From positions 16,974-80,973 of the forward strand of contig CAIYVX010000082.1 in NCBI GenBank assembly GCA_903929765.1: a stretch of 64,000 nucleotides of DNA, in the 5' to 3' direction. Under the pieces are notes generated by a model. The model was not told the origin of the DNA and searched no databases. It saw only the letters and a list, made by a program, of their open reading frames with translations. Of this stretch, positions 26,126 through 34,208 are shown piece by piece; the stretch's first letter is position 1; each line of letters starts with the position of its first letter. This DNA comes from an uncultured Planctomycetia bacterium. Its GTDB lineage: Bacteria; Planctomycetota; Phycisphaerae; FEN-1346; JAACEH01. The position numbers and the translations under genes were made by a program.

Positions 26126-27172
26126 TTAGGGGATCAGGATGGCCTTGAGCCCGCGCTGGGCTTCGACGTCCTCAAACACGGTTTTCCACTTTTCCAGCGG
26201 TTCGCGATGCGAAATCAGAGCTTTCAGATTCAATTGTCCGGACGCGGCCATGGCCAGCGTCCGGTCCCAGCACTCGAAGGCCGTCGAGATGTGGAAATCG
26301 ATCCGGCAATCGCGGAAAATGGCCGCGTCCCATTTGAAAGCAATCTGCGGTTTGCCGGTCATGCCGATGACCGCGATGCGGCCCTGCTTGCGAATGAGTT
26401 GCACCGCCTGGTTGATGGCAGGCTCGGCCCCTGAGGCTTCGACCACCAGGTCGGCCCCGCGTCCGCCCGAAAGTTGTGTCACCAGCGCCGGCAGATCCTG
26501 CTGTTGAACATTGATCGCCTGATCGAAACCGAGCTTCCTGGCCGTCGGCAGGCGCAGTTCCTCATCTCGGTTTGTGCCCGCCACGATCACCGCTTTGGCC
26601 CCGCCCAACCGGGCACACATCGCCGCCATCAGACCGATCGGTCCGGGTCCCAGCACGACCACGACGTCGCCCGGATCGACCCGCGTCCTGAGCAGGACGT
26701 CCTGAAACACGTTGGCCGCCGGTTCCACCACCGCCGCCTCGTCATAGCTCATGCCTTCGGGAATCCGGTGCAGCAGAACCTCAGGCATCACGATGAACTT
26801 GGCGAACGCGCCATCGATGCCCCAGCCCGGACTGCGTTTCTCCGGACAGATCTGCCGGTTCCCCGTGCGGCACAGATAGCACTTGCCGCAAGCCCGCGTA
26901 TGCGGTTCGCCGATGACCCGGTCGCCGACTTTGAATCCCGTGACCTGCGGCCCGACCTCCACGATTTCGCCCGAGAACTCGTGACCCAGGATGACCGGTG
27001 GCCAATAGGGGAATTCGTCATGCAGAATGTGAATGTCGGTGCCGCAAATGCCCGCCGCCTTCACGGCAATCAGCACCTCGTCGCCGCCGCGAATCACCGG
27101 CACCGGCTTGTCCTGCAGTTCGACGTGGCCCACGCCTTTGGCCGTCTTGACCAGCGCCTTCATCGTTGCCAC
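26126..27172 (-). CDS. Zinc-dependent alcohol/polyol dehydrogenase (MDR family)
   Basis: GICGTDIHILHDEF, GHEFSGEIVEVG, a structural-zinc Cys cluster (CGKCYLCRTG) and GPGPIGL. Confidence 0.85.
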   Translation of the reverse strand: MATMKALVKTAKGVGHVELQDKPVPVIRGGDEVLIAVKAAGICGTDIHILHDEFPYWPPVILGHEFSGEIVEVGPQVTGFKVGDRVIGEPHTRACGKCYLCRTGNRQICPEKRSPGWGIDGAFAKFIVMPEVLLHRIPEGMSYDEAAVVEPAANVFQDVLLRTRVDPGDVVVVLGPGPIGLMAAMCARLGGAKAVIVAGTNRDEELRLPTARKLGFDQAINVQQQDLPALVTQLSGGRGADLVVEASGAEPAINQAVQLIRKQGRIAVIGMTGKPQIAFKWDAAIFRDCRIDFHISTAFECWDRTLAMAASGQLNLKALISHREPLEKWKTVFEDVEAQRGLKAILIP

Positions 27173-27267
27173 CGCTCCGCTCCTCTCTTATCTCGGGCGC
27201 CCTGGCCCACGCTTGCCTGGCCAGACACGGGAGCCGCTCAGTTGCTGTCCCGCGCGCCCGTATCCCG

Positions 27268-28530
27268 CTATCGTCCAAGTCTCTCGATGGCCAGCACCAG
27301 CGTTTCGGCCGCCCGCAGGATCTCGCCGATCTTGATCTGTTCGTCCTTGCCATGAGCCGTGCCCAGGTCGCCCGGTCCGAAGACCACCGTAGGAATCTCA
27401 AGCTGGTTGGCATAGAACCAGGCGTCGCACGAACCCGTCAGGGCGCTCAGGCACGGTTCCACCCCGACCGACCGCAGGCCGTCCTGGAGGGCCGTCACCA
27501 GCGCATGTCCCGGGTCAAGTTCGTTGCCGTCCGAGTTGAGCATCGGGAACGTCAACTCGAAATGCTCGCGCAGGTATTCATCGTCGGACTGCCGTAGAGC
27601 TTCGGCCATTTCCTTCTGAACCTGGTGCCGCGATTTCGGCGGCAGGAATCCGAAGACGCCCTTCAGGGTGGCCTCGGCCGGCGCCGCCGCCGGCCAGTTC
27701 CCCGCCTCACAGACCCCGAACGTCACGGGCATCGGATTGGCAAAGGCGTCGAACAGCGGATTTCGTCCCCGGCTGGCGGTCAGCAGCCGGTCGTGATAGT
27801 CCTCCAGCACCTGCATGGCCAGGACCGCTTTCTTCAGGGCGCTGACACTCGAACCCGGAGTGCCGCTGTGGCCCGGACGTCCGAAACACTTCAGTTGGAA
27901 CCAGACCGCCCCGCGGACGCTCGGCATGATCCGCAGATTCGACGGTTCCAGCACCACCGCTGCGGCGGCACAGCGCCGTCCGCGCGTAGCTTCCAGATGG
28001 CGAATCATGGCCAGGGTGCCGTTGCCGCCGTTCTCTTCTTCGACTACCAGGTGCGCTTCCACCGGCCCCGGCAACCGCAGATCCAACTCCTTCAGGGCAC
28101 GCATCACGGCATAGATGGTCGCCGCCTGGCCCTTGGCGTCACAGGCCCCGCGGCCGAAAACCGTCTCGCCCTCAACCCGCGGATCGAACGCCCGCTCCTG
28201 CCCCACGCTCGCCGGCACCACGTCCAGGTGCGTATTCAGAAAAACCGCCGGTCCCCGCCCGGCCCCTTGCCGCACCGCCGCCACATTCGGGCGGTCGGCA
28301 TAGGTGAGGCTCGGCAGTTTGAAGGCGTAATCGCGGTCGTTCTGGATGGTCTCGGGAATCGTCACGTCCGTGCTGGAATCGCAGACCGAGGCCAGGGCCT
28401 CGCGCATGATCCCCAGCGCCGGCCCTTCCTGGCCGCGTGTCGATGGCACGGCGATCAAACGGCACAGGAGCGACTGAACGTCGCCGCGCGCTGCTTCAAG
28501 AATCGGACGGAGCCTGTTCTGGTCGATCAT
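27268..28530 (-). CDS. M20-family metallohydrolase (ArgE/DapE-like deacylase)
   Basis: 420 aa with LNTHLDVVP, RGACDAKG and EEENGGNG, the typical M20 metal and catalytic motifs. Confidence 0.8.
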   Translation of the reverse strand: MIDQNRLRPILEAARGDVQSLLCRLIAVPSTRGQEGPALGIMREALASVCDSSTDVTIPETIQNDRDYAFKLPSLTYADRPNVAAVRQGAGRGPAVFLNTHLDVVPASVGQERAFDPRVEGETVFGRGACDAKGQAATIYAVMRALKELDLRLPGPVEAHLVVEEENGGNGTLAMIRHLEATRGRRCAAAAVVLEPSNLRIMPSVRGAVWFQLKCFGRPGHSGTPGSSVSALKKAVLAMQVLEDYHDRLLTASRGRNPLFDAFANPMPVTFGVCEAGNWPAAAPAEATLKGVFGFLPPKSRHQVQKEMAEALRQSDDEYLREHFELTFPMLNSDGNELDPGHALVTALQDGLRSVGVEPCLSALTGSCDAWFYANQLEIPTVVFGPGDLGTAHGKDEQIKIGEILRAAETLVLAIERLGR

Positions 28531-28540
28531 GATTTCCGTC

Positions 28541-29860
28541 CTACAGGCCCTTCAGCACCTTCTCCATGATATCGCACGACCGCTCGGCTTCGTCGCGGCT
28601 GATGACCAGCGGGGGCGCCACGCGAATGACCGAGCCATAGTAGCCCACGCGGCCGACCAGCAGCCCCTGGGCCGCCGCCCGGTTGATGACCTCGACCGTG
28701 AGACCCGGTCCCGGCTCCTTGGTCTTCTTGTCCTTGACGAACTCCAGGCCCATGACCAGCCCCTTGCCGCGCACGTCGCCCAGATAACGGCAGGTCTGCT
28801 GCATTTTACGGAAGCGTCCGAGCATGTACCGGCCGATGGCCACCGCATTGGCGACCAGATGCTCTTCCTCGAAAATGTCCAGCACGGCCAGCGTCCCGGC
28901 GCTGCACAGGGGATTGCCGCCGTGGGTGCTCGACATCTCTCCCGGCGACAGGCAACTGAATATCCGCTCTTCGCTCATCAGCGCTGCGGTCGTCACTCCC
29001 GAACCGATGCCCTTGCCCAGGCAGAGCATGTTCGGCTTCAGTTTCTCATGTTCGAGCGCGAACATCTTGCCAGTCCGGCCGAACGAGGCCTGCACTTCGT
29101 CCAGAATAAATAGCACGTCGTTCGCTCGGCACCACTCCTGGACGCCCGTCAGCCAGCCGTCCGGCGGGAAGATGAACCCGGACGCCCCCTGATATGGTTC
29201 GACGATCAGCCCGCCCACGTCGCCGGCCGTTTCGGTGGCCATCACCTTGTCCAGCCACTGGAGGCAATGCATCTTGCACTTCGGATAGCTCTCGCCGAAC
29301 GGGCAGCGGTAGCAATAGGCATACGGGCTGAAGTACACGCCCGGGAGCATGGTCCCGAAGCCTTTCTTCCCGGACGCCTTGCCGCCCATGCTCGTGGCCC
29401 CCATGGTGCGGCCGTGGAATCCACCCCAGAAACTCATGATTCCATTCCGCCCGGTGTAGCGTTTGGACAGCCGCATCGCCGCTTCCGTCGCCTCGCTCCC
29501 GGTCGTCAGCAGGAAACAGCGGTTCAGGTGCTTGGGCATCAGCCCCACCAGCCGCCGGGCCACTTCCAGCCGGGGCGGCGTCGGAAAATCATAGACGTTC
29601 AAGAGCAGCGACGCCTGCTTCTGGATGGCCGCCACCAGCTTCGGGTGGCAGTGGCCGACGTTGGTCACCAAAACCCCGCTGGTCCAGTCGATAAACTCGC
29701 GGCCATCGACGTCCCACAACTTCGCTCCGCGACCATGATCGAGCACCACCGCCGCCTGTTGGCTCATACAACCGGCCTCATACTCGCGGCTGATCTTCAA
29801 AAGCTCAGCGCTGCGCGGACCGGTGACACTACCCGTGGAACGACTCTGTTTCTTAGCCAT
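28541..29860 (-). CDS. Class-III (PLP-dependent) aminotransferase
   Basis: 439 aa with LFILDEVQASFGRTGKMFA (PLP-Lys region) and GSEATEAAMRLS. Confidence 0.85.
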   Translation of the reverse strand: MAKKQSRSTGSVTGPRSAELLKISREYEAGCMSQQAAVVLDHGRGAKLWDVDGREFIDWTSGVLVTNVGHCHPKLVAAIQKQASLLLNVYDFPTPPRLEVARRLVGLMPKHLNRCFLLTTGSEATEAAMRLSKRYTGRNGIMSFWGGFHGRTMGATSMGGKASGKKGFGTMLPGVYFSPYAYCYRCPFGESYPKCKMHCLQWLDKVMATETAGDVGGLIVEPYQGASGFIFPPDGWLTGVQEWCRANDVLFILDEVQASFGRTGKMFALEHEKLKPNMLCLGKGIGSGVTTAALMSEERIFSCLSPGEMSSTHGGNPLCSAGTLAVLDIFEEEHLVANAVAIGRYMLGRFRKMQQTCRYLGDVRGKGLVMGLEFVKDKKTKEPGPGLTVEVINRAAAQGLLVGRVGYYGSVIRVAPPLVISRDEAERSCDIMEKVLKGL

Positions 29861-29905
29861 CGTAGAACTGATCCTTCCTATCTATCCAGAGGCGAGGGCA
29901 CCAAC

Positions 29906-30946
29906 TCAGCCCCGCGCCAGGGCCTTCTCAACTTCCGCATTCACCGTGAACCGAGGCGGCCGGCCTTCCAGGTGCAGAATAATGTTTTCGAGAATCTTCT
30001 CCCGGATGCTCCAACCCGACTCCTCGCTGTACCAGGAGAGGTGAGGCGTCAGCAGGCACTTCGGCGAACCCAGGAGGGGACTGTCCGGAGAAGGCGGCTC
30101 GCGATGATAAACGTCCAGCGCCGCCCCGGCGATCGTGCCCTGGGCGAGCGCCGCCGCCAGGTCCTCATCGACGATGAGCGGCCCGCGCGCTGTATTCACC
30201 AACAGGGCGGTCTTTTTCATCTGGGCCAGCGTGCGCTTGTTGATCAACCCGCGAGTCTCGTCTTTCACGGGGATGTGCAGGGTGAGCACGTCTGCTTCGG
30301 CCAGCACCTTTTCCAGGGACACCGGCTCGACATCCAGTTCCCGGCGACTCTCCGGGCTTAGGTACGGGTCGCAGACGAGGATCTTCATGTCGAACGAGCG
30401 CATCTTGCGCAGCACGCGACTGCCGATACGTCCGCAGCCGACGATGCCCAGAGTTTTGCCCTCCATCAGGCCCACCGGAGCCACGGGCGAGAAATCCCAT
30501 TGCCCCTTGGCCACGCTGGCCGCCATGGAAACCTGCTGCTCGACCAGGTGGCGAGCCGCACACATGATCAGCATGACCGTCTGCTCGGCCACTTCCCCGA
30601 CGCAGTAATCCGGAATGTTCGCTACCCGGATGCCCTTGGCGGTCGCGGCGGCCAGGTCGACGTTGTCGTAGCCGATGCCGTGGCGGATAATCAGCTTGCA
30701 ATTCTGAAGCCGGCCGATAACGCCCGCCGTCATGCGGGCCATGTTCACCACCAGGACGTCGGCCTCACGGATGGCCGGCGCCAATTCCTCCTCCGAGGCG
30801 AACTTGAGCTGGTGTTCCTGCCAGGAAAAATCAAAACCCCGGTTGCGAAGCTGCTCCTTCTCCCAATTGAAGTCAGGTTCCAGGTAGTCGGTGACGACGA
30901 TTTTCGTGGGCACGATGGTAACTCCTGCGCCGAATGGGTTAAACAA
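29906..30946 (-). CDS. D-isomer-specific 2-hydroxyacid dehydrogenase (PGDH/CtBP-like)
   Basis: GIVGCGRIGSRV NAD motif and ...LVNTARGPLIVDEDL...LDVY..EP. The real start may be GTG 30913 (GGAG 8 nt upstream) rather than ATG 30946. Confidence 0.8.
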   Translation of the reverse strand: MFNPFGAGVTIVPTKIVVTDYLEPDFNWEKEQLRNRGFDFSWQEHQLKFASEEELAPAIREADVLVVNMARMTAGVIGRLQNCKLIIRHGIGYDNVDLAAATAKGIRVANIPDYCVGEVAEQTVMLIMCAARHLVEQQVSMAASVAKGQWDFSPVAPVGLMEGKTLGIVGCGRIGSRVLRKMRSFDMKILVCDPYLSPESRRELDVEPVSLEKVLAEADVLTLHIPVKDETRGLINKRTLAQMKKTALLVNTARGPLIVDEDLAAALAQGTIAGAALDVYHREPPSPDSPLLGSPKCLLTPHLSWYSEESGWSIREKILENIILHLEGRPPRFTVNAEVEKALARG

Positions 30947-31023
30947 ATAGGACGATCAAACCCGGGTCGCCAGGACGAAACTGCTGCCGCCCTGGACGAA
31001 CTCCCGCGATAATTCCGGGCCAG

Positions 31024-31052
31024 ATTCTATAGTCCCGACAAGCTCGTGTCCA
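31024..31052 (-). promoter_or_regulatory. Candidate promoter of the seven-gene operon 30946-22374
   Basis: Minus strand reads TGGACA(31052-31047)-17 nt-TAGAAT(31029-31024), about 75 nt upstream of the first ATG. Confidence 0.4.
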
Positions 31053-31130
31053 CCAGATTATACCGGAGTTACATCTGGTCTGAGCCGTGCGCAGGAATAG
31101 AGCAGTTCACGATTGAATGGTTACTTCCAG

Positions 31131-31175
31131 GGTGCCACACCTTGGCCCCCGGCTGTATGGGGGCAAGGTCTGTGG
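31131..31175 (+). repeat. REP-A hairpin repeat (divergent copy)
   Basis: GGTGCCACACCTTGGCCCCCggctgtatGGGGGCAAGGTCTGTGG has the same head (GGTGCCACAC) and the same architecture as the REP-A copies. It lies just downstream of the cytochrome c gene. Confidence 0.6.
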
Positions 31176-31221
31176 AAGGCCGGCATACTTTCCCAGAGAG
31201 AACACCCCATCGTTAACTGCT

Positions 31222-31587
31222 CTAGGAGGCCGAAGCTGCCGGTTTCGCGCTAACGGCGGAGGTTGGTTTCGCCACTGGCGGGACGCCCGCCGCCCAGGCC
31301 CGGTGCGCCCCTGTCGCCGCCAAGCCGCCGGCCAGGTTACGCAACAACGTGTCCGCGTCGTTCAGCTTCTTCGCCGCCGTCGCGCTGTCACCGGTCGTCA
31401 GAGCTTTTTTCGCCGCCGCCACATCCTGCGCCGCTTTGTCCACCGCCTGGCTGCCGCCATGACACGTGACGCAGTGGCTGACGACCTTGGGCGGCGCCGG
31501 GGCCTGGGCCGTCACAGCGTGAACCGCCGCCAGGGCCAGGAACGTCGCGGCCGCCACACCTAGGACCAAAGCAATTGTCTTACTCAT
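31222..31587 (-). CDS. Small secreted protein with one CxxCH motif (putative monoheme c-type cytochrome)
   Basis: 121 aa with signal peptide MSKTIALVLGVAAATFLALAAVHA, a single CVTCH, and an Ala-rich tail. Confidence 0.5.
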   Translation of the reverse strand: MSKTIALVLGVAAATFLALAAVHAVTAQAPAPPKVVSHCVTCHGGSQAVDKAAQDVAAAKKALTTGDSATAAKKLNDADTLLRNLAGGLAATGAHRAWAAGVPPVAKPTSAVSAKPAASAS

Positions 31588-31633
31588 CCACCGCTCCTTT
31601 TATAATGGGGTTCTCACCTCTGAATTGCCCGCT

Positions 31634-32701
31634 TCAGGATTTAGCCTTTTCCGGCGGCGCGTACCACCTCAGGCACCAGTTGCGCCAGCGCCGCTCCAGT
31701 TCCTTATAATTCAGCCCGGGATAGGCCTGCCCCAGCGCTTCTTCCCCCCGCGTGCCGTCCTTCATCAAGTCCAGAAAACGCCGGATGCCGTCCGGGTCGC
31801 GGCTCGCCAGGTAATCGATCAGGCTCATGCTCACCTCATAGGCCTGGATGTCGCTGGGCGGAAACGGTTCGGTCAGTATCCGCTGAATGGAAACGTATGG
31901 CTCCGTTCCCGCCCGCTGGTAAGCCGGAACCTCTTTCCCGACCCGCAGCCCCGGATCGATTTCCACCGTCATGTATTCCGCCAGGCCTTCATGCACCCAG
32001 AGCGGCAGGGGCACCGACTCCCGGTACATCTCCACCAGGGCGTGCGTGCTTTCGTGCACCAGCACGTCCCGGAAATGTTCGATGCCTCCCTCGGCCGGCT
32101 GATAGGTCGCAATGTGCACCAGCCGCGGCCCGCCGGCCTGCCGGGCTTCCAGAACAAAGTACCCGCGCGAGTGCGTCACCAGGTGCCGGTCGAACCGCCG
32201 GGCGAAGGCGTCCAGGGCCTCCTGCTGGGAAAAAACCACCACCAGGCACTTGCCGTCCCACAAGCGTTGCTCGGCGGGAATGGCCAGCCGAGCCATCAGC
32301 TTCGTCCGCAGATCCTCCAGCCAGACGAGGATCGCGTTTCGCATCTTCGGATCAAGATCTGAAAAAAGAATATAATTCTTCGATTCCTTCGCCACCAGCG
32401 CCGTCTGCAAGGTCCGCCGCATCTCCCCCAGCCGGTCACGCTGGCTCTGCACGATGGCCGCCTGGTCGATCTGCGGCCGCGGCGGCAAAGCCTCCGTCGC
32501 CGGCGCCGACAGAATCACCGTCGCCGAAGGCGACGCCACCGGGGCCGCCTGACCTGAGGGCGCTGCCGAACTCCAGACCACCGCGTCGGCCGCCATGCTG
32601 CCGGAGACGAACGAGAGCATGAGAACCAGGACGACTGCCGCTCCTGGAATCCTGCCGTTTATAATTTTTAATTTTTCATTTTGCATTTTGCCTTCTTCCA
32701 T
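31634..32701 (-). CDS. Secreted DUF1570-like HExxH metallopeptidase (putative)
   Basis: Signal peptide, VLVHESTHAL (HExxH) followed by WVHEGLAEY, the pattern of the DUF1570/MA-clan family described in Rhodopirellula. ATG 32701 overlaps the hflX stop (TGATG). Confidence 0.55.
   Translation of the reverse strand: MEEGKMQNEKLKIINGRIPGAAVVLVLMLSFVSGSMAADAVVWSSAAPSGQAAPVASPSATVILSAPATEALPPRPQIDQAAIVQSQRDRLGEMRRTLQTALVAKESKNYILFSDLDPKMRNAILVWLEDLRTKLMARLAIPAEQRLWDGKCLVVVFSQQEALDAFARRFDRHLVTHSRGYFVLEARQAGGPRLVHIATYQPAEGGIEHFRDVLVHESTHALVEMYRESVPLPLWVHEGLAEYMTVEIDPGLRVGKEVPAYQRAGTEPYVSIQRILTEPFPPSDIQAYEVSMSLIDYLASRDPDGIRRFLDLMKDGTRGEEALGQAYPGLNYKELERRWRNWCLRWYAPPEKAKS
32658..32690 (+). repeat. AT-rich element J (copy 1)
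   Basis: Contains AATTTTTAATTTTTCATTTT (32663-32682) and TAATTTTTCATTTTGCATTTT, both shared with copies at 59698 and 63694. It sits immediately 3' of the hflX stop. Confidence 0.7.
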
Positions 32702-34029
32702 CACGACGCCGACTTCCTCGTTTCACCCGCCAGAACTACGCCCGCGCGCTCGGCCGGGTGCAACGTAATCTCCAGCCGCGAAAACTCCCGCAGCAAAAAA
32801 TCCGTCAAATGTTGCGGCAACCGCACCTTCATCACCGTCCGGCTGCCGTCCAGTTCGCACTCCACCCGCCCGGCGTGCCGCGTCACCGCCGACTGCCACG
32901 CCCCGTCCTCGCTCGGACCCTTGATCGTCAGATCCCGCAGCGGACCGCCCAGAATCTCCAGCACCCGTTCCCGCAGCGCCTCGATCCCCCGACCCGTCAC
33001 GGCGCTGGTGAGCACGTTTTCCTGATGGCGGAATTCCAGCACGCGCAACCCGTTCTCGTCCGCCAGCAGATCCGTCTTGTTGAACACCATCAGGACCGGT
33101 TTAGTGCCGCACCCAATTTCCCGCAGCACCACGTTCACCGCCTCAATCTGCCCTTCCACGTCCGCCGCGCTTGAGTCCACGACGTGCAGCAACAAATCCG
33201 CGCTGCGGGCCTCCTCCAGCGTCGCCCGAAACGACGCCACCAGATGGTGCGGCAAGTCGCGCACAAATCCCACCGTGTCGCTCAGCAGCACCCGCAGGTT
33301 GTACGGCAAAGTCCAGGTCCGCGTCCGCGTGTCCAGCGTCGCAAACAGCTTGTCTTCCACGTAAGCATTAGCGTTCGTCAGGGCGTTCAGCAGCGACGAT
33401 TTCCCGGCGTTGGTATACCCCACCAGGCTCACCGCAAACTCTTCCTTGCGCGATTGCACCTGCCGCTCGCGCCGCTCCTGAATCTCCTGAATCCGCCGCT
33501 TCAAATCCACGATGCGCTTCCGCACCAGCCGCCGGTCGGTTTCCAACTGCGTTTCGCCCGGCCCGCGCACCCCGATGCTCCCGCCGCCCTCCAGCCGCGA
33601 CAAATGCGTCCACATCTGCCGCAAGCGCGGATAGGTGTATTCCAATTGCGCCAGTTCGACCTGAAGCTTTGCTTCCGACGTGCGCGCCCGTGTGGCAAAA
33701 ATGTCGAGGATCAATTCGCTGCGGTCCAGCACCTTGACCCCAACCGCCTTTTCGAGGTTCCTGATCTGCCCCGGCGTCAGGTCATTATCAAAAATCACCA
33801 CCGTCGCCTTCCGCGCCACGGCCAGCCGCCCGATCTCCTCGGCCTTGCCTTTGCCGACGTAAAGCCCGGCGTCGGTCATGCGACGGTTCTGCACCACCGT
33901 CCCCACCACCGCTCCGCCCGCCGCCTCCGTCAACCGCGTCAACTCCGCCAGCGGCTCTTCGCCGACATCGGCCTTGCGCTCCGGCAGAATCACCTCCACC
34001 AGAATCGCCCGTTCGCGCGCCACCGTCAT
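32701..34029 (-). CDS. hflX: GTPase HflX
   Basis: 442 aa with an HflX N-domain and G domain (LVGYTNAGKSSLLNALT, DTVGF, NKTD). Confidence 0.9.
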   Translation of the reverse strand: MTVARERAILVEVILPERKADVGEEPLAELTRLTEAAGGAVVGTVVQNRRMTDAGLYVGKGKAEEIGRLAVARKATVVIFDNDLTPGQIRNLEKAVGVKVLDRSELILDIFATRARTSEAKLQVELAQLEYTYPRLRQMWTHLSRLEGGGSIGVRGPGETQLETDRRLVRKRIVDLKRRIQEIQERRERQVQSRKEEFAVSLVGYTNAGKSSLLNALTNANAYVEDKLFATLDTRTRTWTLPYNLRVLLSDTVGFVRDLPHHLVASFRATLEEARSADLLLHVVDSSAADVEGQIEAVNVVLREIGCGTKPVLMVFNKTDLLADENGLRVLEFRHQENVLTSAVTGRGIEALRERVLEILGGPLRDLTIKGPSEDGAWQSAVTRHAGRVECELDGSRTVMKVRLPQHLTDFLLREFSRLEITLHPAERAGVVLAGETRKSAS

Positions 34030-34105
34030 CGTCGCGCGCTTCGGCTCGTTTATATTCTTTCCCAGGCTTTGTTACCCCTCAAAAAATGCAGTTATTGTAC
34101 ACCTC

Positions 34106-34134
34106 ATTCTATACCTGCCGCGCCTGACATTCAA
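34106..34134 (-). promoter_or_regulatory. Candidate hflX promoter
   Basis: Minus strand reads TTGAAT(34134-34129)-17 nt-TAGAAT(34111-34106), about 75 nt upstream of the hflX ATG. Confidence 0.45.
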
Positions 34135-34149
34135 CGCGGCTGCTTCACA

Positions 34150-34196
34150 GTGGCACGGGCATCTTGCCCGTGAGTCTTAGGGGCATCTTGCCCCTG
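34150..34196 (+). repeat. REP-B double-hairpin repeat
   Basis: GTGGCACGGGCatcttGCCCGTGAGTCttAGGGGCatcttGCCCCTG: two consecutive 7-bp hairpins. Confidence 0.85.
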
Positions 34197-34208
34197 GTTC
34201 TTCTTTTA

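Noticed and set aside
31057-31062. A perfect TATAAT on the minus strand upstream of the seven-gene operon.
   Set aside because: There is no acceptable -35 (GGCTCA at 17 nt) and no TG extension. The TGGACA-17-TAGAAT pair 30 nt downstream is a more complete promoter, so only that one is listed.
34150-34170. REP-B heads (TGGCACGGGCATCTTGC) resemble the sigma-54 -24/-12 promoter consensus TGGCAC-N5-TTGC, and a sigma-54-dependent regulator is encoded in the window.
   Set aside because: The GG-to-GC spacing is 12 nt instead of the required 10. Many copies have GTCCC instead of ATCTT, so they lack TTGC. Copies occur in both orientations and inside valS. The similarity is best explained by chance within a hairpin repeat.
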